DNA of 64,000 bases from an uncultured Prevotellaceae bacterium. Lineage in GTDB: Bacteria > Bacteroidota > Bacteroidia > Bacteroidales > Muribaculaceae. This document shows positions 41,724 through 50,926 of the stretch, piece after piece (the stretch's first letter is position 1; the number at the start of each line of letters is the position of its first letter). The position numbers and the translations under genes were made by a program. The stretch is taken from NCBI GenBank assembly GCA_900318345.1, contig ONKD01000022.1:2189-66188 (forward strand). Direction: 5' to 3'. Below the pieces are notes generated by a model. That model was given only the letters and a program-made list of their open reading frames with translations, was not told the DNA's origin and searched no databases.

Positions 41724-43580
41724 TCATTTGAAATATCCCTCACGGTCATAGATGAGACAACGGCTGACATCCCAAGCCTTGAACTGGTGAGGAGTGAGAG
41801 ACGAGCTATCACCGATAATCGTCATGTTGCGGTGCTGGATGGCACTGGTCACTGGATACCTCAAGATACTATGCCCAAGTCCCTTCCACCGATAGGCATT
41901 GGCACCCATCACGTCAAGCAACGTTGGGAAGACATCTACTTGGCCGATTACAGGCTCATAGCACAATGTGGTATCGGTGCCCCACACTATCAAGGGGATG
42001 CCCCAGTCATTGGGCGAGAACTCGCTGTCGGGTTTACCCTCGACACGGCTCAGATAAAGTTGGGTGTGGTCAGAGACAATCGCCACAACCGTGTTTTGTC
42101 TTAAGCCAAGACGATTGAGATCATCAATAAAGGCTCCGATGCAACTGTCGGTCAGGTTTACGCAATTCAAGTATCCACGGGCCTCGGCATTCAAGGTATC
42201 GCTCGCGGTGATCCACGTCGGGCGCACTTTATCCACGGGATAGGGCGTGTGCATCGTCATGGTGACCATCTCGAGGAAGAACGGTTGCCGCAATTGTGGG
42301 AGCAATCGCGCAGCAAAATCGGTGAGCGCCGCATCATCCACATTGTTATGGCGCATGAGCACACCGTCGGCATTCAGGTGGTCGCGTGTGTACAGGGAGT
42401 CGAAGCCATAAGTGCGAGATGTGACAGTCTGGTTCCAGTTCATGCCAGGAGTACAAATCACCTCGCGGCAATCATAGCCCTGCAGGGCCTCGGCCAGGGT
42501 TGGATAAGGACCATTGCCATGAACAACAGCGACAGCGGCATCACGCAGCGGCAACAAGCCTGTGTTATAGATGAAATGGGCATCACTGGAGTGTCCATGG
42601 CTGGTCTCGAACAGCACATGAGGGGCATAAATGACACTATCGCCCTCCACTAGCTTGTTAAGCACAGGTGTCACCTCCTGCCCATCAATAGTCATGCCGA
42701 TGGGCCAAGTGTGCAGCGACTCGACAATGATGAGCACAAGATTGCGCCGTTCGCCTCCAGCAAAAGGGTTGTCGGTATAATGGGGACAATCCTCTTCCAG
42801 AAACCGGTCCACCTCGGCTCTCTCTTCCTCGCTGATCGAGAAATTATTAAAAACTGACTGGTTCAACGAGTAAATGCAATAAGGTATCAAGCCGTTTTGT
42901 GAAAAATAGCCCCGATTACTGAAGTTGTGCAGGAACCTATTCTCAAAATTTTTCACGGCTCCGCCATAACCCATCAGCGCCATAACTCCTGCTGCAGCCA
43001 GAGTAACCAGCAAGGGTCTCTTTGGGTTATCACCCTTATTCTTTTGTCCCAATATGCACACGACTATAAGCAGCAAGAAAGGCACCACAATCAAGAGGTC
43101 GTGCCATCGCAGCAGGGCCAGCGTGCTATCCATCAGGGTAGAATTGACATTGTCGGTCAAGGTGAGGCTCTGCCACGGCATCAGATCATCATAGGCCCTG
43201 CAATAGCACAACTGCATCAGGCACCATAACGTCAACAGCGTCATGGGAATCCAGACCAACCAACGCCAACGGGGCCGCAGTAACCAATAAGGACATAATA
43301 ACAATAAGGCATTGCATATCGAAACAAAAGCCGCAGAGGCCATTCCTATACCACCCAATTTCTCGTTCACGCTGATGAACAGGCCACTCAAGGGTGACAG
43401 GAGTGTCGACAGATTACCAATTGACAACGGCACCATATACCACTCGGGCAATCCCCGTCCCATGACCGTCAAGTCCGCGACAAGAGCGAAACATTGCCAA
43501 GCAGCCACCAGCACACACAGCACAAAAAACAGTGTGCCATATCGTTTTATATGTCGTGAACCGTTTTCCACTGCGGGCAA
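41724..43580 (-). CDS. LTA-synthase/sulfatase-family membrane protein (alkaline-phosphatase superfamily)
   Basis: N-terminal multi-TM region followed by an extracytoplasmic sulfatase domain (LVLIIVESLH, VSDHT). Predicted TTG start at 43580, 5 nt after the S24 peptidase stop; the first in-frame ATG would delete TM1. Confidence 0.8.
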   Translation of the reverse strand: MPAVENGSRHIKRYGTLFFVLCVLVAAWQCFALVADLTVMGRGLPEWYMVPLSIGNLSTLLSPLSGLFISVNEKLGGIGMASAAFVSICNALLLLCPYWLLRPRWRWLVWIPMTLLTLWCLMQLCYCRAYDDLMPWQSLTLTDNVNSTLMDSTLALLRWHDLLIVVPFLLLIVVCILGQKNKGDNPKRPLLVTLAAAGVMALMGYGGAVKNFENRFLHNFSNRGYFSQNGLIPYCIYSLNQSVFNNFSISEEERAEVDRFLEEDCPHYTDNPFAGGERRNLVLIIVESLHTWPIGMTIDGQEVTPVLNKLVEGDSVIYAPHVLFETSHGHSSDAHFIYNTGLLPLRDAAVAVVHGNGPYPTLAEALQGYDCREVICTPGMNWNQTVTSRTYGFDSLYTRDHLNADGVLMRHNNVDDAALTDFAARLLPQLRQPFFLEMVTMTMHTPYPVDKVRPTWITASDTLNAEARGYLNCVNLTDSCIGAFIDDLNRLGLRQNTVVAIVSDHTQLYLSRVEGKPDSEFSPNDWGIPLIVWGTDTTLCYEPVIGQVDVFPTLLDVMGANAYRWKGLGHSILRYPVTSAIQHRNMTIIGDSSSLTPHQFKAWDVSRCLIYDREGYFK

Positions 43581-43585
43581 AAATG

Positions 43586-44023
43586 CTATAGACGTTTAAT
43601 AATATAGGAAACCACACCCCATACCTTGAAACTGCTATCCTCAGTCACATGGAGTTCAGGAAACTTAGCGTTGGCCGGGGTAAGATACACGCCGTCCTCA
43701 CGCACACTCAGGCGCTTGACTGTGAAATCCCCGTCTATGAAGCACACGGCGATATTGCCGTCATGAGGTGTAATCGAGCGGTCGATGATGAGCAGGTCAC
43801 CCTCATTGATGCCAGCATCGACCATTGAGTCACCTATCACACGCGCACAAAATGTAGCTGCCGGAGTGGTGATGAGCGCCTGGTTCAAGTCAATGCAGTC
43901 GGCATATTCACCCTGGGCAGGACTGGGAAATCCAGCCTGCACTCTCGTCTCAAAAAACTGCAAACCTGACAGTTGTCCGCCCTCGGCAGGCTCAACTTGT
44001 GATATTTTAATCTCCTTTTGCAT
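43586..44023 (-). CDS. S24-family peptidase, UmuD/LexA C-terminal-domain-like (no HTH domain)
   Basis: AGFPSPAQGEY, catalytic Ser in GDSMVDAGI, and Lys in FTVKRL. ATG 44023; alternative GTG at 44029 would overlap the upstream stop by 4 nt. Confidence 0.85.
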   Translation of the reverse strand: MQKEIKISQVEPAEGGQLSGLQFFETRVQAGFPSPAQGEYADCIDLNQALITTPAATFCARVIGDSMVDAGINEGDLLIIDRSITPHDGNIAVCFIDGDFTVKRLSVREDGVYLTPANAKFPELHVTEDSSFKVWGVVSYIIKRL

Positions 44024-44025
44024 TC

Positions 44026-44802
44026 TCACACTTTCACAATCAGGCCATCATAGGCCAATGACACCCCCTTGGGCAACAACTTGGGTGACTCGGCATGAAG
44101 CCCCATGCGGTCACTCATGTGGATAAGCAATGAGCGGCCAGGCTTGATGCGCTCAATGACGGCAAGAGTCTCATCCAGACACATGTGGGACATGTGCTCG
44201 CCCACGCGCAACGAATTAATAACCAGTATAGGCACCCCATTGAGGCTATCCACCACCGCGTCATCAATGGTCTTGGCATCAGTGATATAGGCGAGCGGCC
44301 CTATGCGGAAGCCGATAATCGGCAACATGTAATGCATGACAGGAATCGGCTCGACCCGCACTCCTTCCACCAGAAACGGATCATCGCCGATGACGTGCTC
44401 CTCAAACTTGGGAACCCCAGGATAAGGATGGTCCGAGAAACAGTAAGGGATGCGATTGTGCAGGTCACGCAGCACATCGGCTCGAGCATAAATCGGCATG
44501 GGGCGCTCAAAACAATAGGCGCGCAGGTCATCCAAGCCCGCCACATGATCAAAGTGGATGTGAGTGATGAGCACTGCATCGATGTTGTCGTCGCTAGCCC
44601 GCAACATCTGGGTGCGGAAATCAGGACCGCAATCAATGAGAATCCTTGCTCCCTGGTAGCGCACGATGGCCGATGTGCGCAACCTCTTATCTCGCGGATC
44701 GTCACTCATGCACACGGGGCAATGACACCTCAACATGGGTACTCCTGTCGAAGTCCCTGTCCCGAGAAATTCTATTTCAAGCGTTGTGGGTTCCATCATC
44801 AT
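44026..44802 (-). CDS. MBL-fold metallo-hydrolase (PhnP/PqqB-like)
   Basis: FLGTGTSTGVPMLRCHCPVC and metal motif THIHFDHVAGLDD. 4-nt overlap with the upstream lipoprotein gene. Confidence 0.85.
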   Translation of the reverse strand: MMMEPTTLEIEFLGTGTSTGVPMLRCHCPVCMSDDPRDKRLRTSAIVRYQGARILIDCGPDFRTQMLRASDDNIDAVLITHIHFDHVAGLDDLRAYCFERPMPIYARADVLRDLHNRIPYCFSDHPYPGVPKFEEHVIGDDPFLVEGVRVEPIPVMHYMLPIIGFRIGPLAYITDAKTIDDAVVDSLNGVPILVINSLRVGEHMSHMCLDETLAVIERIKPGRSLLIHMSDRMGLHAESPKLLPKGVSLAYDGLIVKV

Positions 44803-45755
44803 TTCCTGAATTGCATGAGCAAACCATTCACAAAGAAAAGGTAAGCTCCACCATCATAATACCAATACTCACGCAAACCCGACTGGTCGGCGCTCTCGTT
44901 GATGTGCTTGGGATTGCCCAAGGCCAACCGACATTCCTCCTTAGTCATGCCCTCAACGACCTGTGCCCTCGTGATACGCTCCCAGTTCTCATCACTGATG
45001 GTTGTATAGAACAAATGCGGGTCAACAGCATCAAACAGGGCGTCAAAATCACGTCCCCGCATGGTTGAAGCATTACCGCTCAGCCACACCATCGCCTTCT
45101 CGTTGCTGTCAATGGTCGTGAAGAGCACCCTCAACGGCATCACCGCATTGCCAGGCAGCAAACTATCGATGTGCACCTTGATGAAATGGCGCCCATCACG
45201 CATCTGCTCACTCTGCCGGTCATACCATATAGGTGTGCGGATATAATAATCATTCCCAACCACCTGTCGCGCGATATGGTTCACCATGTCCATATCAACG
45301 AGCATCGGGATTGAAAAACTTGGGCTGAACTCATCGATTGTCTTTCCCGTGCGGTAGACATAGGTTTTACCGCCATCGGTGTCCTTGAAAATCAGGTTCA
45401 CACTATTGCGATTATCATAAATATCTCCAGTGTCATAACCCTGGAAACGTAATGTGTGACCTGCCAGTTGCACCGTGTCGATGTCAAAATCCCTAGAGCG
45501 GGCAAAAAGCAACCGAGCCTGATTGTCAACGACCCTGAATAGTTTACCTAGATGCCATGCCGGCACCGAGTCAACAAATGCATTCAGTGTCACTCTTGAC
45601 TGATTGGCTCCAGCTTGTTCAATGGCCTTGCGGACATCTTTCTCGCCAACATGTTCGGTCACTTCAATGCCAGTGCCACATGCCGTCGTCAACAAGCATG
45701 CAACCGCCACACAGAGGGCTAGCGGAAGACGATTATGAAATGACCGCCAACACAT
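44799..45755 (-). CDS. putative lipoprotein with C-terminal BamE/SmpA-OmlA-like domain
   Basis: ATG 45755 (MCWRSFHNRLPLALCVAVACLLTTAC lipobox); track start 45797 is TTG and overlaps the upstream gene. C-terminus VVEGMTKEECRLALGNP...YWYYDGGAYLFF resembles BamE-like folds (tentative). Confidence 0.7.
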   Translation of the reverse strand: MCWRSFHNRLPLALCVAVACLLTTACGTGIEVTEHVGEKDVRKAIEQAGANQSRVTLNAFVDSVPAWHLGKLFRVVDNQARLLFARSRDFDIDTVQLAGHTLRFQGYDTGDIYDNRNSVNLIFKDTDGGKTYVYRTGKTIDEFSPSFSIPMLVDMDMVNHIARQVVGNDYYIRTPIWYDRQSEQMRDGRHFIKVHIDSLLPGNAVMPLRVLFTTIDSNEKAMVWLSGNASTMRGRDFDALFDAVDPHLFYTTISDENWERITRAQVVEGMTKEECRLALGNPKHINESADQSGLREYWYYDGGAYLFFVNGLLMQFRK

Positions 45756-45768
45756 TAAGCGCTTATTA

Positions 45769-46170
45769 TTACTTCTTGTTCTTGAGCATCTCGTCAATGG
45801 ACTCGGTCACGGCATTAATGCTCATGTCTCCTTCCATGACATCATTGATGATTTCCTTGGCAACCTCCTCGTCAGACATTCCTTTGCTGACTTTTAGGGT
45901 GGAGATATAAGGTGCATTGCGCTCACGTGACTCTTTCAGCGCTTCTCTGAAGGCGGCAATGGCTACAGAGTCGCCCTTAGCGATAATGGCTGCTTCCTGG
46001 GCGCGGATGCTATCATCCAATGCCAGGACAGCCACTGAATCGCGCTGTTCACACAATTGGTCAAGTTGTTTGGCCATTTGCTCACCCTTGGCCTTGTAAG
46101 CATTGCTGTTATCACAACTCACCAGTGTCAAAGCCATGACGGCCGTCATCATCAGAAAAAACTTTTTCAT
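45769..46170 (-). CDS. hypothetical lipoprotein
   Basis: 133 aa. MKKFFLMMTAVMALTLVSC lipobox. Helical, charged mature part. No family recognised. Confidence 0.7.
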   Translation of the reverse strand: MKKFFLMMTAVMALTLVSCDNSNAYKAKGEQMAKQLDQLCEQRDSVAVLALDDSIRAQEAAIIAKGDSVAIAAFREALKESRERNAPYISTLKVSKGMSDEEVAKEIINDVMEGDMSINAVTESIDEMLKNKK

Positions 46171-46196
46171 GTTTCCAAATTTGTATTGTGTTATTT

Positions 46197-46457
46197 TTAT
46201 TTGTTAGCGTTTGACAAGGCTCCACGCAGCGCGGTAGCCAGTTGGTCGGGACATGAGGTGTTCTTGTACCCGCATCTGATGCCCTGCAACCGGTCGGCCA
46301 CTTCACTAGCTTTCATGCCTCTCACGAGGGTTGCGATGCCCTGCAGGTTGCCATGGCATCCGCCATAAAACATCACATCCCGCAAGATTCCGTCCTCATC
46401 AATTTCCAAATCGATCTGTGAGGAGCAAGTGCCTTGAGTATAATAAGTATATTTCAT
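46197..46457 (-). CDS. TIGR03905-family TSCPD-domain protein
   Basis: 86 aa. MKYTYYTQGTCSSQIDLEIDEDGILRDVMFYGGCHGNLQGIA...GIRCGYKNTSCPDQLA shows the 4-Cys pattern of this family. Confidence 0.8.
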   Translation of the reverse strand: MKYTYYTQGTCSSQIDLEIDEDGILRDVMFYGGCHGNLQGIATLVRGMKASEVADRLQGIRCGYKNTSCPDQLATALRGALSNANK

Positions 46458-46473
46458 TTATCTATTCCTGATA

Positions 46474-47151
46474 TTAATAGCCTGACAAGACCATGAGTTT
46501 CTCTTGGTCGAGCAGTTTCAATTCGTTACTGTCATAATCCAGAATCCCCTCTTCACTGAAACGGTCTAGGGTGGCAATGAGCGTAGTGCGCTGGGTACCC
46601 AGCAGGGCACAGAGGTCCTTCTGCTTATACCTCAATGTGACATCGGTCGCGCCAGGTGCTACCAAGTTATTCACCAGGATAGCCAACCGCTCACCAACTG
46701 AACCATCATTTACCGACAATGATGATGACAGACTGCGTTGACTGCCCGAGGAGAGGTAATTGAGGATATTGAACAGAAACACCTTATCAGAATTAATCAT
46801 CTTGATGTAATCGCTCTTGAGCAACTGGAGTATACCGCATGCACCATCGGCAACAGCAGTGAACGGATAGGTGGTTGCACGCCCAAACAAGTACTCGGCA
46901 GCGAGCACGTGGGGTGTGGATAAGGTCTGCAACAAGGACACGCGCAGGTTAGAAAAGGGCATCTCTACCCTAACCCGACCTGAAACGATGAACTTGATGT
47001 GGGTACAGACATCACCTACCGTGACGATTGGGTCGCCATTCCTGTATTTAAGGAAATGAAACGGCAATTTCTCGACCAGAGCCGTGATTCTCTCGGTGCT
47101 CACACCCTGGAAGAGTGGCAACTGCATCAATTGCTGGTACATGCTGTTCAT
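46474..47151 (-). CDS. Crp/Fnr-family transcriptional regulator
   Basis: 225 aa. N-terminal cNMP-binding-like beta-barrel and C-terminal HTH (QKDLCALLGTQRTTLIATLDRFSEEG). Confidence 0.85.
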   Translation of the reverse strand: MNSMYQQLMQLPLFQGVSTERITALVEKLPFHFLKYRNGDPIVTVGDVCTHIKFIVSGRVRVEMPFSNLRVSLLQTLSTPHVLAAEYLFGRATTYPFTAVADGACGILQLLKSDYIKMINSDKVFLFNILNYLSSGSQRSLSSSLSVNDGSVGERLAILVNNLVAPGATDVTLRYKQKDLCALLGTQRTTLIATLDRFSEEGILDYDSNELKLLDQEKLMVLSGY

Positions 47152-47170
47152 AACGATTACACTGATGATT

Positions 47171-48532
47171 TTATTTCAATCGGTCTATCACCTGTTCAAT
47201 GCTCAGGGTCTGCTGATCGCCAGTAGCCATGTCTTTAAGAGTGATGGTGCCATTTTGCACCTCATCGGCACCCACAATGGCGACAAAGGGAATCTGGCGG
47301 TCGTTGGCATAGTTCATCTGCTTCTTCATCTTGGAGCAGTCAGGATACAATTCAGCGCTGATGCCAGCACGACGCAAGGCCATGATGTGCCGCAGCGATG
47401 CCGAAGCCTCATCCTCGCCAAAGTTGACAAACATCACCTTGGCAGTCGCCATCGTGTCGGCGGGATACAGGTCGAGTGCATTGAGCACATCATAAATGCG
47501 GTCGGCACCGAAGCTGATTCCCACGCCCGACAAACCAGGCATGCCAAAGACGCCAGTCAGGTTATCATACCTGCCGCCGCCAGTGATGCTGCCAATGGCC
47601 ACGTCTAGTGCCTTGACCTCGAGAATCGTGCCCGTGTAGTAGTTCAGACCGCGTGCCAGCGAGACGTCGAGTTCAACTCGGGCTCGTGTGCCTAGTGCTG
47701 CCACATGGTCAAGCACATAACGCATTTCCTCGATGCCCTTCATGCCCACCTCGCTAGTGCCAAGCATAGCAGCGAGAGAGACAAGGCGTTCCTCATTAGT
47801 GCCATCAAGGGCAAGCAGGGGTTGCAAGGTATTAATAGCCTCATCGGTAAGGCCTTTCTCACGCAATTCAGCATTGACGTTGTCAATACCTATCTTGTCG
47901 AGCTTGTCGATGGCAACGGTGATATCCACAATCTTGTCGGCCGCGCCAATGACTTCGGCGATGCCGCTAAGGATCTTGCGGTTATTGAGCTTGATGGCGA
48001 CATTGATGTTAAAGCGGTTGAACACCTCATCAATCATCGTCACCAGTTCCACCTCATTGAATAGTGAGTCACTGCCCACGATATCGGCATCACACTGGTA
48101 GAACTCACGGTAGCGACCCTTCTGCGGGCGATCGGCGCGCCAAACGGGCTGCACCTGATAGCGCTTGAATGGCATCTGCAAGTCGTTGCGGTGCTGCACC
48201 ACATAGCGGGCAAATGGTACCGTCAAGTCATAACGCAGACCCTTCTCGCTGATCTTGGTAGTCAAGTGCAGTGAATCGTGAGCTGACAACAATTCATCGG
48301 GCGCATCCTTGAGGTAATCGCCGCTGTTCAGAATCTTGAACAACAGTTTGTCGCCCTCCTCGCCATATTTGCCCATGAGGGTTGACAAGTTCTCGACGGC
48401 AGGAGTTTCTATCTGCTGAAAACCGTACAGCAAAAACACGTCCTTGATGGTATTAAAAATATAGTTGCGACGCGCCATCTCTATAGGTGAGAAGTCGCGT
48501 GTCCCCTTGGGGATGGATGGTTTTTGTGCCAT
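47171..48532 (-). CDS. hisS: histidine--tRNA ligase
   Basis: 453 aa. Class II aaRS motifs ([42 protein letters not shown]) and an anticodon-binding C-terminus. Confidence 0.93.
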   Translation of the reverse strand: MAQKPSIPKGTRDFSPIEMARRNYIFNTIKDVFLLYGFQQIETPAVENLSTLMGKYGEEGDKLLFKILNSGDYLKDAPDELLSAHDSLHLTTKISEKGLRYDLTVPFARYVVQHRNDLQMPFKRYQVQPVWRADRPQKGRYREFYQCDADIVGSDSLFNEVELVTMIDEVFNRFNINVAIKLNNRKILSGIAEVIGAADKIVDITVAIDKLDKIGIDNVNAELREKGLTDEAINTLQPLLALDGTNEERLVSLAAMLGTSEVGMKGIEEMRYVLDHVAALGTRARVELDVSLARGLNYYTGTILEVKALDVAIGSITGGGRYDNLTGVFGMPGLSGVGISFGADRIYDVLNALDLYPADTMATAKVMFVNFGEDEASASLRHIMALRRAGISAELYPDCSKMKKQMNYANDRQIPFVAIVGADEVQNGTITLKDMATGDQQTLSIEQVIDRLK

Positions 48533-48572
48533 TATTTATCTATTATTGTATCTTTTTTTAAAAAATTCATTA

Positions 48573-49253
48573 TTAACGGCGTCTGCCGACGAGGGCTATC
48601 GCTACATAATATAATAATGTGGCCAGTGAACCTAAGGCAGCAACAACATAGGTATAGGCCGCGGCGCGAAGCGCATCCTTAGCTTGAACCAACTGCTGGC
48701 CTCCAGCAATGCCTGAACCTTCAAGCCACTTGATGGCGCGGTGGCTGGCATCAATCTCTACTGGCAGTGTCACGAAACTGAACAGCACAGTCGAAGCAAA
48801 CAAGGCGATAGCAATATACAATGGTATCACACTGAACTCATACAGGGCAATACCTGCCACTAGCGCCCATGAAATGTACTTAGAAGCAAACGATACCACA
48901 GGCACCATCTTGGTGCGCAACTGCAACATGCTGTAACCCACCTTGTGCTGGATGGCATGGCCACACTCGTGGGCAGCCACGGCAGCAGCGGCGATGCTGT
49001 TAGTGCCATAGACAGGTTCACTCAGGTTCACCGTCATGTTAGCAGGATTGAAGTGATCGGTCAACTGTCCGCTCACACTTGTGACTTGAACGTTACCGCA
49101 CCCATTCTGCTGCAACATCGCATTAGCGACGTCACGGCCTGCCATAGGTACTCCCAGAGGCACCTTACTATACTTAGCGAATTTCGTTTTGAGGGAGTTC
49201 TGAACAACGATGCTCAGGATGGTAATGGCTCCAAAAAGAATGTAAACAAACAT
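48573..49253 (-). CDS. membrane zinc metallopeptidase (Zn_peptidase_2 / YpfJ-unrelated neutral zinc metallopeptidase family)
   Basis: 226 aa. HECGHAIQH zinc motif flanked by TM helices. Confidence 0.8.
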   Translation of the reverse strand: MFVYILFGAITILSIVVQNSLKTKFAKYSKVPLGVPMAGRDVANAMLQQNGCGNVQVTSVSGQLTDHFNPANMTVNLSEPVYGTNSIAAAAVAAHECGHAIQHKVGYSMLQLRTKMVPVVSFASKYISWALVAGIALYEFSVIPLYIAIALFASTVLFSFVTLPVEIDASHRAIKWLEGSGIAGGQQLVQAKDALRAAAYTYVVAALGSLATLLYYVAIALVGRRR

Positions 49254-49342
49254 AATTCTATCAATTATTTAGTGATTAATCTGTTATTGTCCATTTTGGC
49301 ACGAAATTTGTAATAACTCGTGCCGGACATCATTATAAAGCG

Positions 49343-49350
49343 CAAAGTTA
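49343..49350 (-). promoter_or_regulatory. -7 box TAACTTTG (zinc metallopeptidase)
   Basis: Plus-strand CAAAGTTA, 89 nt upstream of ATG 49253. Confidence 0.4.
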
Positions 49351-49445
49351 GCGTTTTTTGTCCGCAAAACAGTCCAAAAGGACAATAAAAGTACAAAAAA
49401 TTGAATTTTTGGAGCAAAAAAGTTTGGTAATTCAAAAATAGCCGT

Positions 49446-49453
49446 TACATTTG
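49446..49453 (+). promoter_or_regulatory. -7 box TACATTTG (Ala-rich lipoprotein)
   Basis: 54 nt upstream of ATG 49508. Confidence 0.5.
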
Positions 49454-49507
49454 CGGCGTTGAATTTTATGTTTTATTATTAACTTTATTAAAATCAGTTG
49501 TTTTATT

Positions 49508-50053
49508 ATGAAGAAGTTTTTATTGATGTTTGCAGCTGTAGCTGCTATCGCTTTTGTTGGTTGCAAGACCGAGACCAAGCCCGCTGAGGAAACTCCCGTT
49601 GAAGAGGCTCCCGTTGCTGAGTACACCGTTGAGAGTGTTACTAACGACCTGATGAACGCTGCCGACGAGGCAACCGCTGTTTCTCTGCTTGATGGTATCA
49701 AGGCTAAGGCTGAGGAGTTGCTGAATGGTGGTGACCAGGCTGGTTACTTCAACATCATCAACATCCTGAAGACCGTCTTTGAGAACAACAAGGAGGCTAT
49801 CCTTGCCAAGATCCCCGCTCTGGCTGACAAGTTGGATGCTTACATCACCGTTCCCGAGGAGTTGAAGGCTGGTTTCGCAGAGTTTGTTACTAAGGCTGCT
49901 GCCGAGAAGGCTGGTGAGGCTGTTGACGCTGCCAAGGCTGCCGCTGGTGAGGCTGTTGACGCTGCTAAGGACAAGGCTAATGAGGCCGTTGACGCTGCCA
50001 AGGACAAGGCTGCTGACGCTGCTCAGGCTGTAGCTGACGAGCTCAAGAAGTAA
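49508..50053 (+). CDS. hypothetical lipoprotein with Ala/Lys/Asp-rich tandem repeats
   Basis: Lipobox AFVGC. C-terminal repeats GEAVDAAKAAA / GEAVDAAKDKA / NEAVDAAKDKA / ADAAQ. Followed by a strong hairpin terminator. Confidence 0.75.
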   Translation: MKKFLLMFAAVAAIAFVGCKTETKPAEETPVEEAPVAEYTVESVTNDLMNAADEATAVSLLDGIKAKAEELLNGGDQAGYFNIINILKTVFENNKEAILAKIPALADKLDAYITVPEELKAGFAEFVTKAAAEKAGEAVDAAKAAAGEAVDAAKDKANEAVDAAKDKAADAAQAVADELKK

Positions 50054-50079
50054 TCTTGATTATTAATTAATCCTAATAG

Positions 50080-50115
50080 AATCAGGGCTGGTCCATGTGA
50101 TCAGCCCTGATTTGT
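50080..50115 (+). terminator. stem-loop terminator after the Ala-rich lipoprotein gene
   Basis: AATCAGGGCTG (50080-50090) and CAGCCCTGATT (50102-50112): perfect 11-bp stem followed by TGTT. Confidence 0.6.
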
Positions 50116-50144
50116 TACATCGTATATTCTAACTCTTAGATATG

Positions 50145-50269
50145 GAGGCTGTGTCATAATTTTCGCTTGAAACATTGATCGAGCTTCGCTCGAGAAATTT
50201 AAACAAATTATTTAAAAAATTAATATAAAAATTTTAATTGTTTTAATTATTGCAATTATGACACAGCCC
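50145..50269. repeat. MITE-like element, copy B (~125 bp)
   Basis: TIRs GGCTGTGTCATAATT (50147-50161) and AATTATGACACAGCC (50254-50268), perfect 15-bp inverted repeats. Hairpin TCGAGC-TTC-GCTCGA (50179-50193). The core is about 45/47 identical to copy A. Confidence 0.7.
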
Positions 50270-50300
50270 GTTATGTCATTTTAGCATTGTCTCATGACTG

Positions 50301-50325
50301 GAGATGCAAAATTTTGCGTCTCTAC
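50301..50325 (-). repeat. REP-like palindromic unit P3
   Basis: Minus strand reads GTAGAGACGCAAAATTTTGCATCTC. Its TAG (plus-strand CTA at 50322-50324) is the stop codon of the GNAT gene. Confidence 0.55.
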
Positions 50326-50837
50326 AGGCATTGTGTAACTTTCTTCTGATAGGCTAACCGCTCGTCGCCGTTCAAGAGGTAGATGATGCCGCAGTAATTG
50401 AAGCCATAACGCTCGATGACATGACGCATGATGACATTGTCGCGATGGGTGTCGATGCGCAGGTTGCCAGCCACGGCTATGCAATAGTCCATCACATCAT
50501 TGAAGATGCCATGACTGGCCGCCGTGCTCGCCAAGCGATGCACCACATGATAGGGAGCGTCATCGAGCCAATCGCCCTCAAATATCTCCTTGTAGGTGGG
50601 CTCGGGACCTGGTATGAAGGCAAACGAGGCGACAATTTCGCCACTGTCCTGTTCTACACACAAATAGCAATGGCCATTATCAATGTCTTGCTTGATGGTC
50701 TCCTCGCTGGGATAACCGTCAATCCATTGATTCACATTGCCACACGAGCGCATAATGGCGCGCGCCTCGTCAATGAGACGCATGATCACGGGTACATCGC
50801 CCATGGTTGCCAACCTAAAGATTCTTTTTGGATTCAT
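50322..50837 (-). CDS. GNAT-family N-acetyltransferase
   Basis: Track ORF trimmed to ATG 50837 (MNPKRIFRLATMGDVPVIMRL), 18 nt downstream of a TAAATTTG box (50856-50863). Acetyl-CoA binding region HRLASTAASHG. Confidence 0.8.
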   Translation of the reverse strand: MNPKRIFRLATMGDVPVIMRLIDEARAIMRSCGNVNQWIDGYPSEETIKQDIDNGHCYLCVEQDSGEIVASFAFIPGPEPTYKEIFEGDWLDDAPYHVVHRLASTAASHGIFNDVMDYCIAVAGNLRIDTHRDNVIMRHVIERYGFNYCGIIYLLNGDERLAYQKKVTQCL

Positions 50838-50855
50838 CTGCCTGATTCTTTTTGG

Positions 50856-50863
50856 CAAATTTA
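50856..50863 (-). promoter_or_regulatory. -7 box TAAATTTG (GNAT)
   Basis: Plus-strand CAAATTTA, 18 nt upstream of ATG 50837. Confidence 0.45.
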
Positions 50864-50885
50864 GACAATTATTGGAAATTCTTCT

Positions 50886-50893
50886 TATTTTTG
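50886..50893 (+). promoter_or_regulatory. -7 box TATTTTTG (nitroreductase)
   Basis: 33 nt upstream of ATG 50927. Confidence 0.45.
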
Positions 50894-50926
50894 CGACAAT
50901 AATCACAAAAATAACTACTGACAACA

